A DNA stretch of 43,619 nt from Salpingoeca rosetta (Eukaryota > Protista > Choanoflagellata), in the NCBI GenBank assembly GCA_033442325.1, contig JAWQFM010000007.1, positions 529,968 through 573,586 of the forward strand, written 5' to 3'. The notes beneath the pieces are model-generated. The model was not told the DNA's origin and did no database searches. It was given only the letters and a program-made list of their open reading frames with translations. Both the position numbers and the translations under genes were made by a program. Below are positions 1-11,203 of this stretch, piece by piece (the stretch's first letter is position 1; each line of letters begins with the position of its first letter).

Positions 1-2010
1 ATCACCCCGGGCTCAGCCCCGTTGCCGACAACCCGCACCGTCCCCGCGCGCAAGCGTCCGCAGCCGAACCTCCCGTCCAACCCCAAGCTCCATCCGCGTC
101 AGGTCCTCAAACACAGCGCTCACAAACACAGACGCCCGCTGGCCCTCAAAGTCAAGCACGTCCCGCTCAACCACAACAGTCGCCTCCGCGCTCGACCCAG
201 GGTCATTGCCAAGCTCGCTCATGCCGCCGCTCACGCGCACCGCGCTCGCAACAACAACGTCCAGCCCAACAATCCCAACGTAGCTGTCCTGCGCCTCAAG
301 CATCGCCTCGCCGATAACGCGGGACCCGCTCACCGCGGCGCTCAATACGCGCACCACCGTCTGCCCAGCGCCAACGCCCTGCACGTGCCCAGACACAACA
401 GGGTCAACCCGTGCCACGCTCTGGTTCACAACCGCAAGCTGCGACTGCCCCAGCAGCCCGCCCAGGCTCAGCGCTGCGCTCACAGCGTCCCCGCTCCGGA
501 ACCGCCCAACAACGCTCACGCGCGCCCGCTGGAACTGGCTTGTCCCCAGCGACACGCACCCGTCAGACGCATCGTGCCCAGCGTCGCGCTGCCACCGCGC
601 CACCCGCCGCACAACGTCCCGGTCAAGCACTACCTGCACCGGCTCCTCAGGGTACCACACGCGCACCCACACCCGCGCGGACTGCCCGCCATACTCAACG
701 CTCACGCCCACAGACGGCGACCCGCCGCTCTCGGCGCCCGTCACGCGCACGCGCCCGCAGTCAGCATCCGCCAGCAACACGCTCGTGTTCAGGCTCATGC
801 ACGCCAGCCCAGGGCTCCCCGCAGACACAACTGCAAACTGCCCAGGCCGCCAGCTGCTCACAGCACGCACAGAGAGCGCAGACGTCTCCTCGCTCCCGCT
901 CAGCACAGCCGTGTTCACAAGCTCAGCGCGCGCCGCGCTCGCAACAAGCCCAACCACTCGCTCAGGCTCCACAACAACAAATCCGTTGCCGTCACGCGCA
1001 AGCCCGTCGGTAGACCCGTAAGCCCCGCCTCGCCGCACAATCACAGTTGCAGGCTCCGCTCCGCCGCCAACAAGCAGCGGCCGCCGGTCAATGTCGCTCA
1101 GGTACACAGCCCGCACAGACACAAGCGGCTGCACTGCAGCGCTCGTCCCCGCGCCGTCCCGTACCCGCACCACAACCGTCGCAACCGCCTGCTCCTCCGT
1201 TTGTGCATCCTGCGACGCTGTCTTCGGGTCCCTCAGAATGTAGCTCCCAGTCGCGTTCCGCCCATCAGCCGTCACGCCGTACTGGCCCGTCCACACATCC
1301 TCGTCAACCTCAAACCGCACAAGCTCAAGCTCGGGCCCAACAAACAGGCTCGTGCGGAACGTGTTGATCGCACGCTCCGCCTGCACACTGAGTGACACCT
1401 CAAACTCGTCGCCGCTCTTCAGTGATGCCTGCGGCACCCGCGCAATCAGCAAGCCGTTGCTTCCGCTCGGGTCAAACGCGCTCTCGGGCCGCACCAGCAG
1501 CACCTCAGACACGCGCCCCGCGTCCTGGAACCCAGCCGTCAGCGCATACTCCACGCTCACATTCAGCGCGCCGCTGCCGTCGTCCCCGCCGCCGTTCTGG
1601 CTCGCATCAACCGCCGCAGCGTCAGTCACCCACGCCTCAGGCACATCCACAGACGCAATGCACGCGCCCGTCCCGCTGTCCGTGCTGCACGTTCCACTCG
1701 GCATGCTCGTGTCAACCTCCTGCTGCAGCGTCGCCCCGCCAACAAGCCGCACATGCACCGTCGTGCTGCTCGTCCGCGTGCTCCCGCGCGCATCCCGCAC
1801 CTGCACCGCAACGTACACCCTCCGCGAGTCCGGCCACACCTCCCCGGTCAGCAGCTGCGCCTCAACGCTGCTCGCTCCAGCGCGCCCGCGCGAGTACCCC
1901 AGCGATGCAGACAGCGACGCAGCCATCGCGCCAGCGCCCTCGCCCTGGTCAAGCTCAACAGAAACAGACGTGCTCCCGCCAGGCGCCAGGCCCGCTGGGA
2001 AGCCATATCG
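1..2010. repeat. Copy 2 (partial) of a 4938-bp intragenic tandem repeat; near-identical to 4940-6948
   Basis: The same ORF translations recur at offset 4938 (411/5349, 785/5723, 1047/5985). The only differences noticed are a synonymous SNP at 1393/6331 and a 1-nt insertion near 46. Confidence 0.95.
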
Positions 2011-5000
2011 AAACGTCCCGCTCGCGTCCGTGTCGCCACTCGTCACAGGGCTGTCCAGCGAAAGCACAACCCCGCCACTCTGGCCAACGCTTGCCAGCCA
2101 TTCGTCCTCGCTCGTCGTCGGCATCGTAGCGTTGCCGCCCGCACCCGCGCCGTCGCCCACAACCGCAAACGCGCCGCTGCCCTGGGGAACAACGTCCCCG
2201 ACTATCACAGCGCTGCCCGCGGCAATCGCATAGTCCCGGCAATACGTGTTGTTCGACAGCGTGCAAACGCCATCCAGCACCTGCCCGCCAGGACACGGAA
2301 CCACAGCACACAGTCCACTCGCAAGCTTGCAGCTCACGCTGTCAACCGTGTTGTCAAACGTCTGCAGCGGGTTGTACCCTTGTGGCACAGGTGTCTTCAC
2401 AGCCACATCGTCCCCGCCAAACGCGCCAAGCGTAACACTCACCTGGCCCGTGTACGCCTTGGAGCCCTGCGTCCGTCCGCCCATAAACACAAACAGCGCT
2501 TCCGGCGTGTCGCGCGTCACCTGGATCACGCTCAGCCCAATGTCCGTGCGAACCGTCGATACAGGCACGCTCACGCGCCACAGCCCCACGCTCGCATTCA
2601 CAAGCTCAGCCTCAACAATCGCTCCGCTCAGCGTGCCAGACCCTTTGCTCAGCGTCACAAACCGGCCCTCACTGAACACAGACGCGCTCGTGCTCAGCTC
2701 AAGCCCAAGGCTGCTCTCCCCGCTTGTCAAGCCAGCAGGCACGCTGCCGCCCTCAAGGTCAAAGTACACCCGCGTATCAGCGCCAGACGCTGCGCCGTCC
2801 CCCTTATCCAGGAGCACAGCGCTCACCTCAAGCTCACACGCCGTGCCGCTGCTCACAGCCTGCACACCAACACCCGTCACAAACCGCAGCAGCCCAAAGT
2901 TGACCCGGTTCAGGAACGCCGCATCGTCCTCGTTCCGCTCCGTGTTCAGGTCCGCGTCAAGCTCATCGTACGTGTACGGCTTGCTCGCATGCAGCGCAAG
3001 CACAGCCTGCCCACGCGCAGACACAAACTTGAGCTCCTTCTCAACAAGGTACGTCAGCACAAACCGCACATCGCTCACGCCAAACACGCCGTCGCCGTTC
3101 GTGTCGCCCCGCTGAGGTGCCCCCGTGTTGCGGCGCATCCGTCGCCGCGCTTCCGCGTGCGCTTCAACGGCCTCGTCAACCGCAGTTGCCCCAAGCAAAG
3201 CGCCCTGCTTCCCGCTGCCGCTGCCGCTGCCGCTGCTGCTGCTACGGCGGCGGCGCGTGCTCGTCGCCTCAAACGGTACGCGGCCAGCAATAAACGCACG
3301 CTCAGTCCCGCTGCCAATCGCCGTCCCGCTCACATCAGGCTGGCTCAGCGTCACAACAGTCCCACTCAGCACGCTCGACCCGGCACCCACAACACGGAAC
3401 TCAAGCTCAGCAACCTCAAGCGCGCTGCCAGACACACTGTCCCCAGACACTGTCCCGCCAAACTCAACTCGCCCCGCCGTCTGCGCGTTCCGGTCAAACA
3501 GCCCGTTCACACTCGCCGTCGCAGACACAAACTCAAGCACCGTCGTATCAAACATCACCGCAAGCTCGTACGCCCCAAGCGCTGCGCCGCCAGTGTTCAC
3601 GCGCACGGGAACCGTCACCGTCTCGCCCACCCTCAGTGGGCCCACGGCAACCCCGCTCGCAGACCCAATGTCCGCATCCCCAACCTCAGGATCAAGGTTG
3701 CACGCAACACCAACCGTCCCGCGCACCGCACTCCCGCCGCTGCGCCCATCGTCAACAGTCGCCGTCAGCGTCACAACATCTGCCGCGTTGCCTTCCAGGC
3801 GAACTACCCCGCTCCGCGCTCCGATGCTCGCGCCGCTCAGGTCGCTGCTCGAAAACACAACAAGCCCGGGATACAGCGCCTGGCCCCCAGAGAACAGCGT
3901 CGGCAGCACACGCCCGCTGTCAAGCACAGCTCGCATGTCCACCGTCGTCTCCGCGCCAACGCTCCCGCGCAGCGTGCTCCCAGCTGCAACACTAACGCCC
4001 TCCAGCGCAGCCACAACCGCAGCTTCCCGCGTCACATTCACCACAAGGTCCTGCGACGCAGATGTCACGCTGCTCGCGTACTCCAGCCGCAGCTGCACAA
4101 CAAGCGATCCGCTTGTGTTCGTACCGTTCAGCACAGCGCGCCCAGCACTGCTCGTCCCCACGCTCACGTGGTTCTGTGCGGTGCCGCTGCCGCTGCCCGT
4201 CACGCGCGAGATGTCAACAACAGCCTGTCCGCTCACGTCCGACACAAGCGCCCCGCCCTCAAACAGCTGAGCCGACTCCTGTCGCACAGCAAGCGCGCCC
4301 GCCGTCGACACCTCAATCTCCTGTCCGTTGCTCAGCGCAAGATACGCCCGCACCACAAGCGCCTCGTACACCGCCGGCGTCGTCCCAGCAAGCCGGTGCA
4401 GCGTCCGAACAGACACCCCGCTCGACCCGCTGTACGCAGGGTACGGGTTCGCGTCCGCCCGCACACCAACGCCCGCAACAACCGTCACAGACACAGTCGC
4501 GCTCACGTTCTCGTGCATGAAGCTCACCCGGATCACCGCAACAGACCCGGCGCCAAGCTCCCCGGCCTTGCTCGCGTTGGCCACAAGCCGCAGCCCCGTG
4601 CTTCCGCCTTCCTCAAGCGAAACCAGGCCCATCGCCCCGCTCAGGTCAATCAGCGTCCGGTTGTCCTGCGTCGCCGTCACAACACGGTCAGGGTACTCCA
4701 GCTCAACCGTCAGCTCCGCGCTCGTCGCAACGCCAGCAGTCTCAGCCGCGTCCCCCGCAAACGTCAGCCGGCTCGCAGACACCGTCGCCCGCGCTGCATC
4801 AGCAGGTGGCAGTGCAACGCTCACATACCCGCGCCCGCGCACAACCTCAAGCACGCCGCACTCCGCGTTCGCGTTGCCGCCCTGCCAAATCGCTTCAATC
4901 AACTCCCCGCTTCCATCCACCGCGCGCCCAGGCACAACAATCACCCCGGGCTCAGCCCCGTTGCCGACAACCCGCACCGTCCCCGGCGCAAGCGTCCGCA

Positions 5001-8000
5001 GCCGAACCTCCCGTCCAACCCCAAGCTCCATCCGCGTCAGGTCCTCAAACACAGCGCTCACAAACACAGACGCCCGCTGGCCCTCAAAGTCAAGCACGTC
5101 CCGCTCAACCACAACAGTCGCCTCCGCGCTCGACCCAGGGTCATTGCCAAGCTCGCTCATGCCGCCGCTCACGCGCACCGCGCTCGCAACAACAACGTCC
5201 AGCCCAACAATCCCAACGTAGCTGTCCTGCGCCTCAAGCATCGCCTCGCCGATAACGCGGGACCCGCTCACCGCGGCGCTCAATACGCGCACCACCGTCT
5301 GCCCAGCGCCAACGCCCTGCACGTGCCCAGACACAACAGGGTCAACCCGTGCCACGCTCTGGTTCACAACCGCAAGCTGCGACTGCCCCAGCAGCCCGCC
5401 CAGGCTCAGCGCTGCGCTCACAGCGTCCCCGCTCCGGAACCGCCCAACAACGCTCACGCGCGCCCGCTGGAACTGGCTTGTCCCCAGCGACACGCACCCG
5501 TCAGACGCATCGTGCCCAGCGTCGCGCTGCCACCGCGCCACCCGCCGCACAACGTCCCGGTCAAGCACTACCTGCACCGGCTCCTCAGGGTACCACACGC
5601 GCACCCACACCCGCGCGGACTGCCCGCCATACTCAACGCTCACGCCCACAGACGGCGACCCGCCGCTCTCGGCGCCCGTCACGCGCACGCGCCCGCAGTC
5701 AGCATCCGCCAGCAACACGCTCGTGTTCAGGCTCATGCACGCCAGCCCAGGGCTCCCCGCAGACACAACTGCAAACTGCCCAGGCCGCCAGCTGCTCACA
5801 GCACGCACAGAGAGCGCAGACGTCTCCTCGCTCCCGCTCAGCACAGCCGTGTTCACAAGCTCAGCGCGCGCCGCGCTCGCAACAAGCCCAACCACTCGCT
5901 CAGGCTCCACAACAACAAATCCGTTGCCGTCACGCGCAAGCCCGTCGGTAGACCCGTAAGCCCCGCCTCGCCGCACAATCACAGTTGCAGGCTCCGCTCC
6001 GCCGCCAACAAGCAGCGGCCGCCGGTCAATGTCGCTCAGGTACACAGCCCGCACAGACACAAGCGGCTGCACTGCAGCGCTCGTCCCCGCGCCGTCCCGT
6101 ACCCGCACCACAACCGTCGCAACCGCCTGCTCCTCCGTTTGTGCATCCTGCGACGCTGTCTTCGGGTCCCTCAGAATGTAGCTCCCAGTCGCGTTCCGCC
6201 CATCAGCCGTCACGCCGTACTGGCCCGTCCACACATCCTCGTCAACCTCAAACCGCACAAGCTCAAGCTCGGGCCCAACAAACAGGCTCGTGCGGAACGT
6301 GTTGATCGCACGCTCCGCCTGCACACTGAGCGACACCTCAAACTCGTCGCCGCTCTTCAGTGATGCCTGCGGCACCCGCGCAATCAGCAAGCCGTTGCTT
6401 CCGCTCGGGTCAAACGCGCTCTCGGGCCGCACCAGCAGCACCTCAGACACGCGCCCCGCGTCCTGGAACCCAGCCGTCAGCGCATACTCCACGCTCACAT
6501 TCAGCGCGCCGCTGCCGTCGTCCCCGCCGCCGTTCTGGCTCGCATCAACCGCCGCAGCGTCAGTCACCCACGCCTCAGGCACATCCACAGACGCAATGCA
6601 CGCGCCCGTCCCGCTGTCCGTGCTGCACGTTCCACTCGGCATGCTCGTGTCAACCTCCTGCTGCAGCGTCGCCCCGCCAACAAGCCGCACATGCACCGTC
6701 GTGCTGCTCGTCCGCGTGCTCCCGCGCGCATCCCGCACCTGCACCGCAACGTACACCCTCCGCGAGTCCGGCCACACCTCCCCGGTCAGCAGCTGCGCCT
6801 CAACGCTGCTCGCTCCAGCGCGCCCGCGCGAGTACCCCAGCGATGCAGACAGCGACGCAGCCATCGCGCCAGCGCCCTCGCCCTGGTCAAGCTCAACAGA
6901 AACAGACGTGCTCCCGCCAGGCGCCAGGCCCGCTGGGAAGCCATATCGGAGCGTTCCTGTGAGTTTGCTGTGCACATCTGTGTGATTTTCTGGGCTTGTT
7001 GGAATGATGCCATTGTCTACGGTGACGTGGAAGGCGCCGATGCTTGTGCTCACGTGGACAAGAGCCGATGCGTTGTATCCGACTGTGAATAATTGTGTGT
7101 GTGAGCGTTAGCATGTGATGAGAATGTAATGACGCAAGGAGTTGTAACATCGACAGGTGTACTTGGAACATGATTTAGCAATGAAAACTCGAACATTCCC
7201 ATCTCTTCATGAGTTGTACATGCATGTGTGTGCATGTGTTTGCATGTGCGTGTTCGCATGCAAGCTCGTGCGGCTCTCACCTCTACAGGTTGTGTCGGAT
7301 GTGGGTGTGCACTCCTGATCGACGAGGAAGCCAGGCTTGCACTCAGAGCAAGGGGAGCACGTGCGTTGCTTGTGCCTTGCGACGAAGCGGAGGGCTGCGA
7401 ATGTGACTTCGTTGCCGAAGAAGTTTTCCGTGTTGATGTGCGTGTCCCTGTTCTCGATGAGGAACGTGATGGGAACGAGCGCATCTGCAGTGATGGTGCT
7501 GAGGGTGTACCAGCCTGAGGAGGGGATGGTGCGCTGGTCGATTTCCAGGCTGATGGTGCGAAAAGGTGTGGTGATGGTTATGGGGACGTTGGTTGCTGCG
7601 TTTGTCTGTGCCTTGTAGGCGATTTCAACGTCATACACGCCAGGGTCGAGCATAGCGGATGCGTTGAGGTACACGTCGCCCTTGTTCTCGTCATTGTCGG
7701 TGAGGTAGGAGGCAAAGTCACCCGCCTGTTCGTTGACGCGCACCCACGGTCCCACAGCCGTGATGTGGGTGCTGTCAATGTCCAGCGTTGTGGTTGCATT
7801 GATGGCATCTGCGGCAATGTAGAGCTCACACTGCTGGGTACGATAGGAGCCATCTGGGCACTGGGCACACAAACTCTCGCACTGGCGGTCCGAGGTTGGT
7901 GTTGGTGCCATTGTCTGTATGGTGAGGTCGTGGCAGCCCGGCAAGACTGGCCGACAGTCTCTGTCTGAAGTTGGTGTTGGAGGTGTGTGCTCGTACTCGC

Positions 8001-9697
8001 CCGATGCGCACGTCGTGAGGTTTGCGCACTGGCGGTCTGTGGTCAGGGTTGGTGCGGCAACCTCGTACTGGGCGCTAGAGCAGGACGAGAAGGCCGTACA
8101 CACGCATTCTGGCCCGATGAACTGGCCTTCGCCGCAGGTGGGCGGCTGGGTGCACGGCTGGCAGATGATGGGCAGCTTGGCGGCATCAAGGCGAAGCTCG
8201 CGAAAGGTGACTGCGCTGCCAAAGTCGATGCCAAGGTTTGAGCTGTCCCTGTTCTCGATGAGGAAGGAGGCACCGGCGTCGTCGATGTAGAAGGTGCCGA
8301 GGGTGTGGAAGCCGGATGGGTCGATGGTGGACTGGTCCACGCGGGTGGAGAAGTTACCTGTGGCGTGGGTGAAGGAAACAGGCACGCGGGTGGATGCCGT
8401 GACAGACATGGCTGCGTACGAGAAGGAGACCTTGTAGAGGCCAGGGCGCACGGTGACGTTGATGCGCAGCTCTACCAAGCCCTTGTTGTCGTTGTTGTCG
8501 CTGAGGTACTGCACGTTGTTCTGGGTGATGGTAACCCAGGGACCAGTGATGTCGAAGGTGGCGCTTGCGGTGTTGGCCAGCTCTGGCAGCGGCGGCGTGT
8601 TGTCCTGGGATGCGAGCGTCTGCGTGAGGGCGTTGGCAAGCAGCGCACCGGAGGCGCCAGTGTCATCACAAGGGTAGCGTGTTTCCGAGTTTGGCGCACA
8701 GGCGTGGCAGTAAGGTCTGCACATGGTGTTGGAAGTTGGGGTGGCGACAACGGCTTCGTATGTGTTTGTGGTGTTGCACGCTGTGACGGGTTCACAGTCG
8801 ATGTCAGTGGTGCGGGTAGCCTCCTTGCTGACGAAGAAGCCCGGATCACACTGGGACACGTTTGCGCACGCGGCATCTGAGGTGAGGGTTGGCGGCACCT
8901 TCTGGTACAAGCCCATGTCAAGGCTGCAGTCTGTGATGTTGCTGCAGACGCGGTCGGAGCTTGAGGTGCAGGGCGCGGCCACAAACTGGGTGGTGGAGCA
9001 GATGGTGCTGCACGGGGAGCAGTCTGCGTCCACGGTAGCTGCCTGGATGAAGACGCCGTCGACAAAGACAAAGCTGCCGAAGAAGTTGTCGTTGTCCAGG
9101 TGCGTGCGCTCTGTGGAGACGGTGACGTTGATGTAGGACGTGGCCCTCAAGCTGGCAGAGAGGAGTGTTCCACCGACGCCGTCTGTGAAGTTTGCGCTTG
9201 TCTGCTCGCGCTGGTCGACGTAGACGAGGGTCGTCTCTGTGCTTGCGTCGGAGGTGATTCTGACGGGCACGCGAGAAGCAGCGACGATGCTGAGCGGGTG
9301 CAGGAGAGCCACGCTGTAAGTGCCTGGGGCAAAGACGCTGACGACCATGGTGATGACTTTTGTGCCTTTGCCCATATCATCGTCGCTGTAGTAGAAGGCG
9401 CCAAGGAAGTTTGATGGCGGCTCTGGACTTGACGGCTGTGGTGAAGCGACAATGGCCCAGTTGCCGGTGATGGTTGCCGTGCTGCTGGTTGCGTCCACGA
9501 CGATGGTTGTCTCGTTGGATTGAAGGGCAGCGGCGCAAGCCTCCTGGCTCACGAACCGGCCATCCGGGCACTGGCTGCACTCGTACCCAAGCGCCACTAT
9601 TAGCGTGCAGTGTGTTGTGAGTGTATGTGTGTGTTTGGGGAGGGGGGGGGGGTTGTGGGTTGTGTTTCGTGTGTGTGTGAGTGTGTGTGTGTGGGTT

Positions 9698-9736
<39 letters not shown>

Positions 9737-10169
9737 TGTGTGTGTGTGTGTGTGTGTGTTGTGTGTGTGTTATGTGTTGTTTGTGTGTGTGGCGGGGGTG
9801 TATTGTGAGGCGTACAGGACACGTATGTGCGTGAGTGTTGTGGCTGAATCAAAATTGGCCAGCAAGCCAAGTCAATGAGGAGACACCCCCCGCTCAATGC
9901 ATCATTGGCCCACATGCGACGACGCACAGCCACAACAATTGCTCCAGCCACACAATCACGCGTGCGCGCACACACACACACACACAAACATACACAAACA
10001 CAAGCACAAACACCATCACCCCTGCACAATCACACTGTGCACACGACAGCTGACCTGGTGTGGAGGCCAGGTTGCATGCGGCGAGGATGAAGATGAAGAT
10101 GAATGCCGTGAAGGTTGGTGTGAGTGCCCGCCGATGCCTGCAGGCACGTGCCTGCCATTCGTGTGTCAT
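1..10169 (-). CDS. Giant secreted multidomain polyprotein, 3'-partial (>3100 aa in window): signal peptide, 3x golvesin/Xly CBM-like domains, TNFR-like Cys repeats, then tandem TMEM132-like/cohesin/dockerin units
   Basis: Hand-spliced, phase-consistent GT-AG exons: 10169(or 10196)-10055 (donor CCAG|GTCAGC), 9596-7281 (acceptor ATAG|, donor AGAG|GTGAGA), 7082-<1 (acceptor CACAG|). Exons 1+2 join to give a signal peptide, FTAFIFIFILAACNLASTPVALG-YECSQC. ORFs 7207..10029 and 13..7053 supply the body. The apparent stop at 13 follows a 1-nt insertion near position 46. Confidence 0.85.
2890..3108 (-). other. Dockerin (type I-like) domain
   Basis: Duplicated Ca-loop/helix motif: GDTNGDGVFGVSDVRFVLTYL ... 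DADLNTERNEDDAAFLNRVNFG. Confidence 0.75.
3270..3640 (-). other. Cohesin domain
   Basis: VGETVTVPVRVNTGGAALGAYELAVMFDTTVLEFVSA...VAELEFRVVG matches the cohesin consensus GxTVxVPVxV....(F/Y)DxxVLE(F/V)...LxFxV. Confidence 0.75.
4810..6948 (-). other. TMEM132-like ectodomain module (N region, cohesin-like domain, tandem BIG/Ig domains), repeat unit 1
   Basis: ELVNTAVLSG..LACMSLNTSVLLADADCGRVRVTGAE..VRVWYPEEPVQVVLD..VARWQ..QFQRARVSVVGRF..FEGQRASVFVSAVFED parallels the remembered metazoan TMEM132 motif order LVNTAILTG..VECxSxD..CDY..TVWVPRLPLQIEVSD..IKGW..QYQHAxVRVLTQF..QEA..WVQFSD. Confidence 0.75.
7378..9505 (-). other. Three golvesin-C/xanthan-lyase CBM-like beta-sandwich domains (~9505-9043, ~8565-8187, ~7795-7378) interleaved with TNFR-like Cys-rich repeats
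   Basis: Motif repeated three times: G(N/P)W...Y(L/Y)xDxDxxKG...PGxYxVx(L/F/I)x(Y/H)....A(S/T)xxVP(V/I)...(V/I)DQ. The spacers carry CxxxxC..PTxTSDxxC repeats. Confidence 0.7.
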
Positions 10170-10196
10170 TGGCCTAACCCGTGTTACCGTTGGCAT

Positions 10197-10970
10197 CGTG
10201 GGTGTGCGCGATCGTCGTTGTGTTGGCGTGCATTGGTCTGATAAGGGTCGGGATCCATGTCCATGCAGCGAGCAACCCCGGTGCTCGCGCATAATTGCTG
10301 GTGGCCCTGTCGTTGCGTGCTTGTGCACCTGCCGCTCGTTCTCTCGCTGCTTCGCTCGCTGCTTTGGCTGCTTCGGCTGCTTCGGCTGCTTCGGCTGCTG
10401 CTGTCTTGGTGGAGCTGTGTCGTGTGTTGTTTGTCCTCTTCAGTGCCTGCAGGCAAAAAGCAAAAAGCAAAAACCCTGTGGCTGGCTGCGAGAAGGGCGT
10501 GTCGATAGAGGGTGTGATTGATGCCCTGTTGCCAGCTCTCTGTCTGTCCTGCTCTCTCTTCGCTCCGCCCGCTTTGGCTTTGCTTGTGCGTCCTCTCTCC
10601 TTTGTCGGCGATGGCGATGGCGATGGGTGGGCGGAGACAAGCCTTTGTCTTGCTGTCGTGTTGTTTGGGGTGGCGCTCCTTCCTTTCCAGGGATTTTTTT
10701 TTTCCTTTGCTGATTGTGGCGAAGCCATAACCGTGCATGGAATCATTCACTGATGAAACGGGCACAACATTTTTTTTCTTGTGCAGAAAGTTGACAGCTG
10801 ATGCTTGGGCCCGTACCACTCAGCAGTGCAGATGTCGCAATCGCAAGAAACCCCCACAGCTGACAGCAGCAATCGCATCAGCCATTTTCCCCGCGACTGG
10901 CTGGCTCGTGTTCGCTCAGATCCCCACCATCAACATCCATCCATCCGTCATCACCTGACCACCCTCCACG
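10197..10970. promoter_or_regulatory. Divergent intergenic region (putative bidirectional promoter) between the giant polyprotein gene and GDH2
   Basis: Head-to-head starts about 0.8 kb apart. No specific cis-element identified. Confidence 0.4.
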
Positions 10971-11128
10971 ATGTCTGCTGCCACAGAGCAACAAGTGCTG
11001 GAGCTGCTTGCCAGCAAGGCCGGCCGAGCCCTGGACTTTCTCAACCCAGACAAAGTCAAGGAGCTGGTGCGTTTATGTGTGTGTGTTTGTGTGCATGTGT
11101 GCATGTGCATGTGTGCATGTGCATGCTC

Positions 11129-11203
<75 letters not shown>

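Larger units (their letters stand above)
2011..6948. repeat. Copy 1 (complete) of the 4938-bp / 1646-aa tandem unit
   Basis: Unit bounded by recurrence of RYGFPAGLAPGG (CCATATCG ending at 6948 and at 2010). Confidence 0.9.

Noticed and set aside
3103-3111. RGD tripeptide just before the dockerin loop
   Set aside because: GD is the conserved start of the dockerin motif, so the RGD is probably coincidental.
1753-6363. 1536-aa plus-strand ORF and other long antisense ORFs over gene 1
   Set aside because: R/H/P/A-rich shadow frames caused by the GC-rich, biased codon usage of the minus-strand gene; no domain signal.
1-6948. 2-kb direct repeats as LTRs of a retroelement
   Set aside because: The repeats are in-frame parts of one ORF. 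No gag/pol/integrase motifs, no TG..CA ends or PBS.
9597-10054. His/Thr-rich (HTHT) or Cys/Val-rich (CVCV) ORF segments here and throughout the window
   Set aside because: Translations of intronic (CA)n/(TG)n microsatellites.
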